Origin: Candidatus Woesearchaeota archaeon
Lineage (GTDB): Archaea; Nanobdellota; Nanobdellia; Woesearchaeales; 0-14-0-80-44-23
Length of the DNA stretch: 64,000 bases
Assembly (NCBI GenBank): GCA_038874135.1
Contig: JAVZCZ010000001.1
Span: 288,968-352,967 of the forward strand
Direction: 5' to 3'
Shown here: in pieces, positions 46,696-59,600 of the stretch
Position numbering within the stretch: position 1 is the stretch's first letter
Layout: each line of letters starts with the position of its first letter
The notes under the pieces: model-generated
The model's database searches: none
What the model saw: only the letters and a program-made list of their open reading frames with translations
What the model was told of the DNA's origin: nothing
Position numbers and translations under genes: made by a program

Positions 46696-47862
46696 ATGGA
46701 GGAAGGAGTTAGAAAGAAGAATCTCTTAATAGCTACGGACACATTTCCTCCGAGAGTTGATGGGGTAAGCAAATTCTTACAGCAGGCAGTTCCAAAGCTT
46801 ATAAAAGATTTTAATATCACGATACTTGCACCTGACTTCGGTCCAAGCGGTTCTGAGTTGGAAGGAATTGAAGGCGTTAGAATAGTTAAGTTTAGAGTTG
46901 GGAAGAAAAGTTGGGGCGAGCTAAAACTGGCACACCCTTCATTTTTTAAAATTTTAAAAGAGGTTAAGAATTCCGACATCGTTTTCGTGCAGTCCATAGC
47001 CCCTGTTGGAATTCTAACTGTATTCGCAGCTAAAATTCTGAGGAAGAATGTTGTAGCTTACACGCATGTAATTGAGTGGCAGATCGTTGTTGAACATTTA
47101 GGCTTTAAGGGATTGCTCAGGACATTAGTGCAGTGGTTTGTTAAGATAGTGGCTATTGCCACATACAGAAATTGCTCTCTAATTCTTACACCTAGCCAGG
47201 AGATTGCTGAGATATTTTCTCAGCAGCATATAAGTGTAAGGAAGGAGATAGTCCCATTAGGAATTGATACTTCAAAATTCTCTCCACCCGTTGATAGAAG
47301 AGCTGCTAAGCTGGAGCTATCAATAAATCCTGACAGCGTTGTTGTAGGATATTGTGGAAGGCTGGCTAAGGAGAAGGATCTTGTAACACTTTACAGAGCA
47401 TTTATTCACTTAAGAAGAAGATACCCGAATGTAATACTGCTAATAGTTGGCGACGGACTCCCAGAAATAAGAAACTTGTTCAAGGATAGAGAAGGGGTAT
47501 ATCTCACAGGCGTTAGAAATGACCCCGTTCCGTTCTATCAGGCGATGGACATATTTGTGATGCCATCAATAACTGAAACTTCATCCCTAGCAACTATGGA
47601 AGCAATGTCCTGTGAGGTTGCAGTAATCGCTACTAGAGTTGGGAATATAAGTGACTACTTAATAAATTATGAGACTGGACTGTTTTTCAAAAAGAGAAAC
47701 TCTTTTGATTTGGTAAAAAAGCTTGAGACTCTGATAAAGAGGGAAGACCTCAGAATAAGGTTGGGAAAAAATGCCAGGCGTGAGATTTCAGCCAAGTTCT
47801 CTCTGGATAGTTCCATAGCAAGAATTTCTAAAACTCTTAAGGAACTATGCGTTAAGGGTTAG
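46696..47862 (+). CDS. GT4-type glycosyltransferase
   Basis: C-terminal Glycos_transf_1 pattern (FVMPSITETSSLATMEAMSCEVAVIATRVG). Confidence 0.7.
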   Translation: MEEGVRKKNLLIATDTFPPRVDGVSKFLQQAVPKLIKDFNITILAPDFGPSGSELEGIEGVRIVKFRVGKKSWGELKLAHPSFFKILKEVKNSDIVFVQSIAPVGILTVFAAKILRKNVVAYTHVIEWQIVVEHLGFKGLLRTLVQWFVKIVAIATYRNCSLILTPSQEIAEIFSQQHISVRKEIVPLGIDTSKFSPPVDRRAAKLELSINPDSVVVGYCGRLAKEKDLVTLYRAFIHLRRRYPNVILLIVGDGLPEIRNLFKDREGVYLTGVRNDPVPFYQAMDIFVMPSITETSSLATMEAMSCEVAVIATRVGNISDYLINYETGLFFKKRNSFDLVKKLETLIKREDLRIRLGKNARREISAKFSLDSSIARISKTLKELCVKG

Positions 47863-50800
47863 AATTTTGCGATGCCTTTGCCTGCTCTTCTTTGACTATC
47901 TGTTTTGCCTCTTCAAAATTTAGAGAAACTGCAGTGCTTATAGCCTTGTCTACATCCATGGATATCCCGTAAAGCACGTCCCCCTCAGAGATTATTGCAT
48001 CGTTGTGGCTTATAACTATGTACTGAGCCCTTGCAGAATACTGCTTTATCAGCTTCGCTAGCTTTTCTGAATTGCGCTTGTCAAGGGCTGCATCTACCTC
48101 ATCAAACAGATAAAATGGAGCTGGTTCAAATTCCTGTATTGCAAATATGAATGCCAGCGCTGTAAGAGACTTTTCTCCTCCTGAAAGTGATCTTATATCT
48201 AGAAACTTGTTTTGGGTTATTTTAACTTTTATTGTTACTCCAGAGTCTTCTGCTATCGGGTTTTCCTTGTTCTCAATTTCTAAGAATGCTTCTCCCTTAA
48301 CCGTTAATGCTGAGAAGAACTTTTTGAAGTTAGCATCCAAAGCCTCGTATGTTTTCATGAACAAGCCAAGTTTCTTTCCTTCAATTTCCTGAATCATCTT
48401 TATTACTGATTCCTTCTCTTCAGATAGCTTTGACTTTTTTTCAAGAAGCTCATTGTATTGTTTTTCAGCAGCGTCATATACCTCTATGGCTTTGAGATTT
48501 ATCGCTCCCATCTCAAGAATTAACTTCTCGTATTTTTCAAACTCGTATTTCAGCTCCGCTTCTGATTTGCCGGTTGCAGGCACAACATTCTTGTATGGTT
48601 CAAACTCCTTCTCCAGCCCTATGAGTTCTCCTGTAAGAGAAGCTTTTTTGAGGGACAGGTTGTTGGACTGCATTTCAATCTGTCTTATGCGATCTTCTTT
48701 TATCTGAATCTCCGCTTCTGCCTTAGAGATTTCCTCGGATAGGGTCTGCTGCTGCTCGTACAGCTTTCTGAACTTTATCCTGAAGCCCCGTTGCAGCTCC
48801 TCTTTTTCTTTAAGAGTGGCTGTGCTTGTCTTTAGTTCAGAAGACATCTTTTCAATTTCATTCTGGAAGGTGTCAATCTCCTTTTCAGTCTGCCTTATCG
48901 CCTTCTCAATCTTCTCATTTGAGTTTTTCAGTATGTCCAGCTGCGCTAAGAGTGAGTTCATTTTTATTTCAAGCTGAACATTCTCCTCGCGTATTGAAGA
49001 TTTATTCTGCTCAAATGCTGTGAGTTCTGCTATGAGCACTGGATCTTGAAGGCTGTTTATCTGAATTCTTAGCTCCTGCTTTCTGCTCTTTATCTTAGCA
49101 AGAGTGCTGCTCGTTTTGGATATTTCCGCATCTTTGGCTTTAATTTCCTGCTCTTTCTTTTTGATGTCTTCTTGAAGAAGCTCCTTGGTCCTCTTAGAAA
49201 CTTCCAGGTCTGAAGATTCAAGGTGCAGGCTCTTTTCCGTCCTTATTATCTCCCCCTCAAGGGATGCTTTCTTTTCTCTCAGCTCAGCTATTCTGTCTTC
49301 CAGCGCCTTCTTCTGGCCCTCAAGTTTTGTGACTTCTTCTGTTGCTTCAGAATAAGACTTTTCCAGCTTTTGAAGTTCTTCTACTGACTCCTTTTCTGCA
49401 AAGCCACCTCTGTTCTCGCGCTGTCTGAATCCGCCTGTGATAAGACCACTTCTCTCAAACAGGTCGCCTTCCAGGGTTACCATTCGTGCATTTCCTATGC
49501 CAAGACGCTTTGCAGTTTCAGAGTTTTCAACAACTAATGTGTCTGCAAAAACGTGCTCAAATACCTTTTTGAACTTCTTATCGCATTCAATTAGTTCGTA
49601 TGCGAAGCCGAAGACGCCTTTGGCTGAGGCTAGCTGCTTGGTGTTATTGTCAATTTCGGGAACCTTTATCTTAGAAAGCGGTATGAATGTTGCCACTCCA
49701 AATTTGTTTTCTCTGAGGAATCTTATGCATCTTATTGCAGAGTCCTCATTTTCTACAACTATGCTTCTGATCCTGTTTGCTGCTGCTACTTCAAGCGCCA
49801 ATGCATATTTGGAAGGCGCGTTTCCCAGTTCTGCAACGCTTCCTATTATTCCGGGAATTTTTCCCTTCTGTTCAAGAACCTTCTGAACTGCTGCGTCTGC
49901 TCGTGAGCCCTCTTTGGCTATTGTGCTCTTTATTCGGGCTCTCTGAAGCGCTTGGCTTACGCTTTCCATCCGAGCTCTGGCTTCTGCCAGGCGTGCTGAT
50001 GTTGAAGATGCTTCAGTTAAAAGCCTGTTTATTTCAAGGATTGTGCGTTTGAATTCTTCTTTCTTGTCTTTTAATTTTTCAAGCTCATCCGCATGCTCCT
50101 TTTCAATCTGTATTACCTTTTGAATCTGCTGCTCAATTGTTGAAATTTGAACTTCCAGCTTGTCCTTCTCTCTCAATAAAGACTGTTTTTCCTCGTTGAG
50201 CTTTTGAATCTGCTGAGTGATTGCTTCTGATTCAGAGTCAATCTTTTCCATCTCCTTCTGAAGCTCTGCCACGTCTTCCAGCTTGTGTTTCTTTCTGAAC
50301 TCTTCTATGCTGCGGTTTATTTTTTCAATCTGTTTAAGGTTTTCCTGGTGTTTTGCCCGTGCAGATTCTACTTCAGAGTTGAGCTGGCTTATCTTTTGAG
50401 TGTTCTCTTCAACTTCTTTTTTTGATGAAGAAATTTTTTCCTGAAGCTTTTCAATCTCTTTTTTGTGTGATTCAATTCCTGTTTGAAGAGTAGCAATCTT
50501 AACCTTAAGCTCTTCAACTTCTCTGTTCAGCGCCAACTCGTCAGTTTCTGCCTTTTCGTTAATCTCATTTCTTATTTTTTCTATTAGCTTCTTCTTTTCT
50601 TCAATCTGGCTTCTGACTTCAGAGATTTCTTTTTGGATGCCTTCAATCTCCTTGGCCGCTTCAGAAATCTTTGCTTCTGCCTTTTCTATCTCCTTTTTTC
50701 TCTTTTCTATTATCAAAGACAAGTATGCTGCCTTGTGGCTGTCTATCTTCTCTTTAAGGTCTTTATACTTGAGCGCCTGCTCCCTATCCTTCTTGAGCTC

Positions 50801-51412
50801 AGAAAGAGCTGCCTCCTTTTCTGCAAGGATTATCTCCGCCTGTTTTATTCTCTCATCCACCTTTTGAAGTTCGGATATTGCCTTCTGCTTTTTTTCTTCA
50901 TAAACAGATATTCCTGCAATCTCTTCAATAAGCATCCTTCTCTGGATTGGGCTCATTTCCACAAAGTCGTTTATTTCGCCCTGAAGGACTATGTTATAGC
51001 CGTCAGGGTCTATTCTGGCTGCTGCGAGGAGTTCTAAAACCTCATTACGGGTGACTCTTCTGTCATTTATTTTGTAAGTTCCTTGGCCGTTCTGTTTAAC
51101 AATCCTGGTTATCTTAACCTCTTTTGTGTCTACTGGGAATGATTTGTCTGAGTTGTCAAAGAATATTGATACCTCTGCCTTGGGTGCAGGGTTTTTCAGT
51201 TTTCCCCCGTTATAGATGAGGCTGGAGCTCTTTTCTGCTCTCATACTCTTAGCAGACGCCCTTCCGAGAACAAAGCAGAATGCATCCAGAACATTTGATT
51301 TTCCGGAGCCGTTTGGGCCAAGCACGACATTGAATCTCTCTCCGAAGATGAATTCAGTTCGCTTGGCAAATGTTTTAAACCCTTCCAAAACTAACCTTGT
51401 TACTCGCGTCAT
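47852..51412 (-). CDS. smc: Chromosome segregation protein SMC
   Basis: N-terminal Walker A GPNGSGKSN, long coiled coils, hinge, C-terminal LSGGEK signature and Walker B DEVDAALD. Confidence 0.9.
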   Translation of the reverse strand: MTRVTRLVLEGFKTFAKRTEFIFGERFNVVLGPNGSGKSNVLDAFCFVLGRASAKSMRAEKSSSLIYNGGKLKNPAPKAEVSIFFDNSDKSFPVDTKEVKITRIVKQNGQGTYKINDRRVTRNEVLELLAAARIDPDGYNIVLQGEINDFVEMSPIQRRMLIEEIAGISVYEEKKQKAISELQKVDERIKQAEIILAEKEAALSELKKDREQALKYKDLKEKIDSHKAAYLSLIIEKRKKEIEKAEAKISEAAKEIEGIQKEISEVRSQIEEKKKLIEKIRNEINEKAETDELALNREVEELKVKIATLQTGIESHKKEIEKLQEKISSSKKEVEENTQKISQLNSEVESARAKHQENLKQIEKINRSIEEFRKKHKLEDVAELQKEMEKIDSESEAITQQIQKLNEEKQSLLREKDKLEVQISTIEQQIQKVIQIEKEHADELEKLKDKKEEFKRTILEINRLLTEASSTSARLAEARARMESVSQALQRARIKSTIAKEGSRADAAVQKVLEQKGKIPGIIGSVAELGNAPSKYALALEVAAANRIRSIVVENEDSAIRCIRFLRENKFGVATFIPLSKIKVPEIDNNTKQLASAKGVFGFAYELIECDKKFKKVFEHVFADTLVVENSETAKRLGIGNARMVTLEGDLFERSGLITGGFRQRENRGGFAEKESVEELQKLEKSYSEATEEVTKLEGQKKALEDRIAELREKKASLEGEIIRTEKSLHLESSDLEVSKRTKELLQEDIKKKEQEIKAKDAEISKTSSTLAKIKSRKQELRIQINSLQDPVLIAELTAFEQNKSSIREENVQLEIKMNSLLAQLDILKNSNEKIEKAIRQTEKEIDTFQNEIEKMSSELKTSTATLKEKEELQRGFRIKFRKLYEQQQTLSEEISKAEAEIQIKEDRIRQIEMQSNNLSLKKASLTGELIGLEKEFEPYKNVVPATGKSEAELKYEFEKYEKLILEMGAINLKAIEVYDAAEKQYNELLEKKSKLSEEKESVIKMIQEIEGKKLGLFMKTYEALDANFKKFFSALTVKGEAFLEIENKENPIAEDSGVTIKVKITQNKFLDIRSLSGGEKSLTALAFIFAIQEFEPAPFYLFDEVDAALDKRNSEKLAKLIKQYSARAQYIVISHNDAIISEGDVLYGISMDVDKAISTAVSLNFEEAKQIVKEEQAKASQNSNP

Positions 51413-51518
51413 GCTCGCAATACCTTAAATTTGAGATTAGCTGGGAGTATTTAAAAATTATTCGGATTGTGTGGGCATCTAAAAAAGATTTAAATATTCT
51501 TAAGAGTTTCGTAATTTC

Positions 51519-51965
51519 ATGAGGGCTCAGGTTCAGAATCAGGTATTTGTTTATATGATGGCAGCAGTAATAATGGGATTAGTAGTATATTTTGGTGCTA
51601 AGGGAGTTTGGATGATGACTAAAACTTCAAACGATGCTGCGATTTTAAAAATTGAAAGGGAAGTTTCCGACATTATCAGCAGACTCAACTATGGAGAGGA
51701 AAGAGAATACTCATTAAATGCCCCTTCTGGATATGAACTCTGTTTCATAAGCAGTCCAAGCTCTAACCAGAAGTATAGCCTTTTAAGTGAGGCGTTCAAA
51801 GAGCAGGGCAGCGGGGCATACTTAGTGGATATCAAGAGCAGGGTTCCAAAAAGAATAAGCAGCATTGAAAGGCCCTTGGAAGTTGCTGCAGGTTTGATAT
51901 GTTTCAGCACTTCTCAAAGTTTAAGGTTCTCGTATGATGGGAGAATTGTTTCTGTAAGCAAGTGA
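51519..51965 (+). CDS. Hypothetical N-terminally anchored protein
   Basis: ORF with a single N-terminal hydrophobic helix. Confidence 0.3.
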   Translation: MRAQVQNQVFVYMMAAVIMGLVVYFGAKGVWMMTKTSNDAAILKIEREVSDIISRLNYGEEREYSLNAPSGYELCFISSPSSNQKYSLLSEAFKEQGSGAYLVDIKSRVPKRISSIERPLEVAAGLICFSTSQSLRFSYDGRIVSVSK

Positions 51966-52020
51966 GCTGTAGCTCTTTTTCTCAAAATATTTTTATACTA
52001 AGGATAAAGCACACTGTCTT

Positions 52021-53307
52021 ATGAAGAAGACTCAGAACAAGAACCTACTTATTAGGAAGGTTCTTAGAGATGTTTTGGAAAGGATAAAACCTGAAGCTTC
52101 TGTTAAGAGGGGATGTTTAAAAGTCCTAGCATCTGTAAGAACAGCACTTAAGAAGAGCCGCTTAGATGCAGATGCAATTCTCGGAGGCTCAGTTGCAAAG
52201 GGCACTTTCCTTAAGGACAATTATGACTGCGACATATTTGTCAGATTTGACAGGAAGAAGTATGAAGGTAAGGACATTTCTGAACTGCTTAAAAAAGCGC
52301 TTTCTGGTTTCAAGCTGGAAAGGATTAAGGGCTCTAGGGACTACTTCCAATTTGAAATGCAAGGCATACACTTTGAGATTGTGCCTGTCATTAGAATAAG
52401 TAAGCCTGAAGATGCTGTTAATGTTATTGATGTAAGCCCGCTGCATATAAAATGGGTAAAGAATAAGATCTCAAAGAAGCCGAAGCTTGCTGAGGAAGCC
52501 ATGCTTACTAGGGCATTCTGTAAGGGCATAGGAGTTTATGGTGCAGAATCATTTATAAGGGGATTTTCAGGGCATGTGCTGGACATACTTACAATACACT
52601 ATGGCGGATTTCTAAAACTCTTAAAAGCGTCTAAGAAGTGGAAGGAGCAAACAGTTATAGACCCTGAAAATTATCATAAGGGAATGGCACTACTGAATCT
52701 TAACGCATCTAAGAGGGAAGGGCCGCTCGTACTTATAGACCCGGTGCAGCCTGATAGGAATGCTGCTGCAGCCCTGTCGTACGAAAAGTTTAGAACATTC
52801 AAAAAGAAAGCGCAGGAATTTTTAGAAGAGCCTTCCCTCTCATTTTTCTTCCCAAAAAAAATAGTTTTGAAGCCCTCTGAAAGTGTTCTTCTGATTGAAG
52901 CAGAGCCCGTTGAAGGAAATGTGGACAGGGCGGGCTGCAAGCTACTTAAAGCCTTGGAATTCATAAGAAAAGGACTTGAGCAGAACTACTTCAAGGTTGA
53001 AAAAGCTGAGCTGCACTGGGAAAAAATGGGAAATGCAATTTTTGAATTCAAAATTAGCAATCAATCAATAATGGAAGCTGCGCTGGGCAGGCCTGTGCTG
53101 AGGAGGGGACCGCCTGCTGAGTTGAAGAAGCATGCTGATGAGTTTAGAAAGAAGCATGGGGACTGTTACGAGAAGGACGGCTTTGTTTGGGCAAGGATTG
53201 AGAGGAAGTATTCTTCTTTTGTGGAGTGTGCCGAGCATCTTATTGATAAATTATACTTGCAGGATAAGGCGCGCGGCTTTAGAATTTTGAATAAAGAAAA
53301 AAATTGA
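52021..53307 (+). CDS. cca: CCA-adding enzyme (archaeal class I tRNA nucleotidyltransferase)
   Basis: GGSVAKGTFLKDNYDCDIFVRF nucleotidyltransferase motif. Length typical of archaeal Cca. Confidence 0.8.
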   Translation: MKKTQNKNLLIRKVLRDVLERIKPEASVKRGCLKVLASVRTALKKSRLDADAILGGSVAKGTFLKDNYDCDIFVRFDRKKYEGKDISELLKKALSGFKLERIKGSRDYFQFEMQGIHFEIVPVIRISKPEDAVNVIDVSPLHIKWVKNKISKKPKLAEEAMLTRAFCKGIGVYGAESFIRGFSGHVLDILTIHYGGFLKLLKASKKWKEQTVIDPENYHKGMALLNLNASKREGPLVLIDPVQPDRNAAAALSYEKFRTFKKKAQEFLEEPSLSFFFPKKIVLKPSESVLLIEAEPVEGNVDRAGCKLLKALEFIRKGLEQNYFKVEKAELHWEKMGNAIFEFKISNQSIMEAALGRPVLRRGPPAELKKHADEFRKKHGDCYEKDGFVWARIERKYSSFVECAEHLIDKLYLQDKARGFRILNKEKN

Positions 53308-53511
53308 AGAAGAGAAAAAAAGAGAGAAAGAATAAGAAAGAATGAAAAATAAAACAAATATAATACACATAAGTAAATACTTTTAAATATTTGTAAATAT
53401 TTTTTTTCATGGATTAGATGGCAAAATTTATATATTAAATCAATATTAGTATTGCTTTATATGATAAAGTATGCATTAATGTTTATGTAAGTGTATTAGG
53501 GGTTGTTGGGT

Positions 53512-53664
53512 TTGAAAAAGAGAATAACTATAACTATTGAAGAGGAGCTCTTTGAAAGATTCAGGAGTTATTGTTCTCAAAACGCTATGAAAGTATCCTC
53601 AAAGATTGAAAAGCTTATTGAAGAATTTCTTAACAGTGAGAACAATGAGAGCTCTGTGAAATGA
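53512..53664 (+). CDS. Small ribbon-helix-helix (CopG/Arc-like) DNA-binding protein, unannotated, TTG start
   Basis: My own translation: (M)KKRITITIEEELFERFRSYCSQNAMKVSSKIEKLIEEFLNSENNESSVK. This is the beta-strand-then-helices RHH pattern. The stop overlaps the ATG of the giant ORF (ATGA). Confidence 0.4.
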   Translation: MKKRITITIEEELFERFRSYCSQNAMKVSSKIEKLIEEFLNSENNESSVK

Positions 53665-56600
53665 GAAGAAAAAAGAAAACCGGACTGGGAAAAAAGAGGT
53701 GGATTTTTGAGATTAGAAAAATTCAGCTGCTATACTTGTTAATAGCGTTCCTGCTCATAATATACGGATTTTTCCCATCTGATAAGGAGGCTTACTTCGG
53801 CTTTAAGGCATTTGCCTACACCTGCACCATTTCAAGCATAACAGAATCCTCAAATTATGCCTACGCTTCTGGAACGAATGTGTATTATGCAAATTTGGGA
53901 ACTGGAACATTCACAGTGAATGTTGATGCTGCAACTAACATTGGAGACTGCGAGGGAGGAACTGCAACTGTTTATAATGTTCAGTTTCCTAATACTGTAA
54001 GCTCCGGAGGATTAGACAGTGCAAGCCCGTGGGCTTGGAGTTATACTTTTACCTCTGGAAACACGAACAGCTATCTGTCTCAGTGGGTAACTTGCACCTA
54101 TCAATGCACATATAATGGAGATGTGTGGTATCCCAGCATGAACAGCATAAACACTTTCAATGTTTATTACGATAGTGCAGCTCCAACAATTGGCGCACCA
54201 GTAATGTATGCTGGGACAAGAACTGGAGACTCTTCAGGAAGCTACTTTAAGGGCACAATAAGCATTAGAAGCACAATCTCAGATTCTGGCTCGGGAATAC
54301 TAAATCCGAGCTGTATGGTGAGCATAAACGGGGGGGCCTGGACAAGCAGTGGAGTAACACAGGATGCTAGCTACTGCTACTATAATAACTATGCTCCTGG
54401 AGCAGATTTCAATATCAAATTTAATGTGAGCGACAACACCGGAAGGACTTCTGCCAGCAGCACTTCAACATTTTATTATGATGCAACAGCTCCGACAACT
54501 AGTGTTTCAGCTGTTCTGAAGGGCACCTCAACATCATACACTTTTAACACCTGGACCAAGAGCAACATAACTGTAAATGGGTCCTACTGTTCTGACGCTG
54601 GCTCGGGATGCTATGCTACTCATGTATGCGTTGATTCAAGCAACAGCTGCATTCCCTCATCAAATCCAATTCCAATAGATGTAACCTGCAGTGCTGGAAG
54701 CGTCTGCACGCAATATGTAAGATACAACAGCACTGACGCTCTTGCAAATTATGAAATTACTAAAAGCTCAACAATACTAATAGATATGCAAAGCCCGACA
54801 ACCACGGCAACAGCAGTAAACAGCACCGGAGCAAGCTACACCTTCAACACCTGGACAAAAAGCCCATACGTAAACGTAACACTAACATGCAACGACGCCT
54901 CAGGCTCAGGATGCTCACTCACACAATACTGCACAGACACAACAAACACCTGCACGCCAACCACAACATACACCACACCGGTACAAATAAACGCCCAGGG
55001 AATATCATACATAAGATACAACAGCACAGACAACGCCGGAAACACAGAAACAACCCAAAGCAAAACAATCAAAATAGACACAACAGCGCCTACAACAAGC
55101 ATAAACCCTAACGGACAGAGCTGCTCAGCAACCCAGCCGTCAGTAACTCTCTCGTGCTCAGACTCTTACTCCGGATGCTCAGCAACATACTACAAGATTG
55201 TAAGTGCTGCAACAACCTGTGATACAACAGGCATGAGCCTCGCAGCTGGAAACGTCCCTGTTAATTGCACACAGGGCTCATACTGCACAAATAAGATATG
55301 CACATACTCAGTAGATAATGTAGGCAACTCTGAAAGCGTCGTATCCTCAAACATTTACTATATAGACCTTGCAGGTCCAAATGCGCCAACAGGGCTTTCG
55401 CCATCTGGCTCCTGTCTTGGAACTTCAACTCCTTCATTATCTTGGAGTGCACCCTCAGATGTTGGCTGTTCCTCAGTTGCCGGCTATCAGGTTGAGATTT
55501 ATACAACTTCTGACTGCAGCGGAACTGCGCTCCAAACTGGCTATCCGAGTTCAAACAGCTGGACTCCAAGCGCTCTATCAACAGGCACATATTCGTGGAG
55601 AGTAAAGGCAAAAGATGCTCTAAACAATTGGGGTTCCTGGAGCGCCTGCGCATTAATGTATATTGATGTAAGCGCTCCGAGCACTACAATAAGTCCTAAC
55701 GGAAGAGCTTGGAACAACACTGATGTTACAGGAATAATCCTTTCAGCTTCGCAGGTGGGCTGCGGTTCTGCAGGCTCAACATATTATAAGGTTGTAAGCT
55801 CAGGAACGGTTTGCAACACTTCAGGAATGAGTACTTATGCAGCTCCATTTGACATAACCTGCCCAGCCGGTTCAGTATGCACATATAAGGTCTGCTATTA
55901 CAGCACTGACATCTATGGAAATACTGAAACCTTGAAGTCATCAAACATCTACTATATAGACAAGCAGAACCCGAATTGTTCAGTATCAGCCATATCAGAA
56001 GATTCTGGAAATTCGTATCAGTATGTTTCTGGAACCACAATATATTACAGCAATACCGACTCGCGCGCTGGAAGCTTCACTGTTAATGTTTCTGCTTCAG
56101 ACGGCTCTGGCTCTGGAATTGCTAAGGTTTATTTCCCCGAAACTGTCTCATCTGGCTTTAATGATACTGCCGCACCATACTCTCTACAGTACAGCTGGGA
56201 TTCCTCAGACACTTATTCTGGAACTGCCACGATATATGTATATGACAGTGTAAACAATTACAATAGCTGTACATTCACAATAGTTAGAGACATAAGTGCT
56301 CCATCAGGGGGTAGCATAAACTATTTCAGCGGAGTTACAAATGTTGTAAATCAGCAAATCAATGTTAGCTCCGGTTCTGATTCAGAATCTGGAGTATACA
56401 CTGCACAGCTTTACAGGCAGTCCGCAGTCCTCAACATTGGAGATTACACTTGCGGTGCTTATGGAGCCCTTACAGCAGTAGGTAACAGCTCTCCAATTAA
56501 GGATTATGTCCTTGACACTTTAAGTTCGGGTTACTGCTACAAGTACATCTATAATGTTAGCGATAATGTCGGTAATGTTGTGAGCTACACTTCAAGCAAT

Positions 56601-59600
56601 GAGATTAAAGTTGATACTAATACGCCGAGCATAATTTTTGTACCTCCAACAGATGGGGATGGAACTGCTACAAATAGAAATTACACTTTCATAAATGTAA
56701 CTTCTGACAAGGTATTGAGTTCTGCAGTTTTGGAGTGGAGCGGCACAAATGAGAGCATGTTAGGCTCGGGAAATAACTGGTACAAGAACAAGACAGGACT
56801 TGCTCAGGGATTATATACTTATAAAGTGTATGGTAACGATTCTGTAAATAATTGGGGAGAATCTTTGCAGAGGAGCATAATGATTGACTGGACCTCGCCA
56901 GCTACATCATTCAATCCCTTAAATCAGAGCTGCTCAGCAGCACAGCCGACAGTAAACATAACCTGCACAGACAACCTAGCAGGATGCAACAAAACATACT
57001 ACAAAATAATAAACTCCACACAAACCTGCAACAACACAAACATCATAGAATACACAACACCCATACAAATAACCTGCCCAGCAGGAGAATACTGCCAACA
57101 GAAAATATGCGCCTACTCCACAGACCTTGCAGCAAACCAGGAAACAATAAAACAATCGGGAAACTACACAACAGACCTCGCAGGACCAAACCCGGTAACA
57201 GGACTAAACCCAACAAACAACACACTACTAAACCAAAGCAGCATAACCTTCTCTTGGAATTCGGCGTCTGACATTGGATGCGCAGGTATAAGCAACTACA
57301 CTATCAACATCTACTCTGATGAAGCGTGCACAAGCCTAACACACACCAATACTACTACACTCACAACCTATGCTATAATACTAAGCGACGGAACATACTA
57401 TTGGAAAGTTGCAGCAGCAGATGCATTAGGCAACATGGGAAGCTGGAGCAACTGCACAAAATTAATAGTGGATACTACTCCGCCGAACACTTCATTTGTT
57501 CCAAACAGTCAGAGCTGCTCAGCAGCACAGCCGACAATAAACATAACCTGCACAGACAACCTAGCAGGATGCAACAAAACATACTACAAAATAATAAACT
57601 CCACACAAACCTGCAACAACACAAACACCATAGAATACACAACACCCATACAAATAACCTGCCCGGCAGGACAATACTGCCAACAGAAAATATGCGCCTA
57701 CTCCACAGACCTTGCAGCAAACCAGGAAACAATAAAACAATCAGGAAACTACACAACAGACCTCGCAGGACCAAACCCGGTAACAGGACTAAACCCAACA
57801 AACAACACAATGACTAATGATGACACTCCAACACTATCCTGGAACGCAGCCTCTGACATTGGATGCGCAGGTATAAGCAGCTATCACCTAGAAATATATA
57901 ATGGAAGCGGATGCTCGCAGCTGCTCATCTCAACTTCAACAACCTCAACAGAATATAACACGGCACATCTTGAAGATGGAAACTATTCCTGGAGGGTTTA
58001 TGCTGTAGACGCATTTGGAAATATTGGAGCCTGGAGCAACTGCAGTATAATAAAAATACACACTCAGGGACCGCCATGCGCTGTTACTAGCATAAGTGAA
58101 AATTCAGCATTTGCCTATACTCTTCAAAGCACAATATATTACAATAACAAGTCCTCAGGAGCCTACACTGTAAATGTTGAGGTCAATAATTCTGGAAGCG
58201 GAATTGCAAATGTTACATTCCCGGCAGCCACAAGCCCTGGCGGCGTAGACTCTGTAAGCCCGTATTTCTGGGATTACAATTTTAATTTGGCATCATCCTA
58301 CTCTGGAACTGCCACGATATACGCGTATGACACAATTGGAAACAATGAAAGCTGCTCATTCAGCGTTTATCTAGATAATGTAAACCCCGCACTAACTATC
58401 TTAGGAGTGCCAACACAGTGGCAGGCCTCAGATGCAACCATAAGCATTGAATGCTCTGATTCTGGAGCAGGATGCAATAACTCAAGGATTTATTATTTCA
58501 TGAACCAGAGCGGCGCCCACTGCCCTCCATTTTCAGAAGCACAATACCATCAGTATAATACTCCATTCTCAGTCAGTGCTCACACCTGGATGTGCGGCTA
58601 TGTTGAGGACTATGTAAATAATTCAAATCTCTCCTCCCCAATTGAGATAAGGGTTGATGAAATCCCGCCAACATCTTTAATAACAGGCCCTGCTGCTGGA
58701 AGCTGGTTCTCTTCTGACTTTGAAGTTTCAACAGCGAGTTCAGATAGCGGCGGTTCTGGATTGAACAAGTGTTATTATAAGGTTATTAGCAGTGGAGTAC
58801 AAACTGTGGATTATACAGAGTATCCTTGCAATTCGAACATTACAATAACTGTTGGGAGCGGCAAAGATTGCAGGTATGATGGTGTTGATGCTTGTGAAGT
58901 TCAGATTTATTCTGAGGATGTTGCAGGGAATCCTTCTGAGGTGGACTCAAGAAATTTCAGCATAGAGTTTGGAGCTCCACAAATCACGATTTACGACCCA
59001 GGCTGTTCTTTTGATTTAACTACAATATATTATGACATTTGGACTCTCAATGCGGGCATAAGCTCGTGCTCTTATGAGTGGAGTGCTGACGGCGTTTCTT
59101 GGAATCAGACCGGATTCAGCAGCTCAGGCTGCGTAAGGGGAGAAAATAATGTTTTGTTCAACACCTCATTATGTCGTGCTTCAGAATTTGGAAACTGTAC
59201 TGTAAGAATAAATGCTACAAGTGTAGCGGGAGTTACTGGAAGCGCGAACTTCACATTTGAAGTTGATAACAAAGCGCCTCAGATTACAATTTTGTCAACA
59301 AGCTCAACTGAGATCTGGTATGGTAATCTATCAACAGCAAACATAACTACTGCTATTTCAGAGAACGGCTGTCTGGCTAACTCGTGCTATTATGCCTTAA
59401 GCACTAATAATGGTTCAAGCTACGGGCTTTGGAAGCCGATGTCTTGCAACTCTGTAAAGAACATAAGCATTGCTGAAGAGTGCCCTGTTGAAGGACTGGA
59501 CATTTGCAAGGTTAAGGTGTATGCTAACGATTCAGAACATTCGGGAAATGAAGATGAAATGGCTGGTGCTTGGGATATTGACTTTACACCCCCAACAACT

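Noticed and set aside
56984-57817. Two ORFs (95 and 163 aa) sharing the peptide MQQNILQNNKLHTNLQQHKHHRIHNTH, plus two antisense ORFs sharing CCLLGLVLLPGLVLRGLLCSF
   Set aside because: They are alternative-frame and antisense readings of the 588-bp duplication inside the 3069-aa gene. Low-complexity composition is typical of shadow ORFs.
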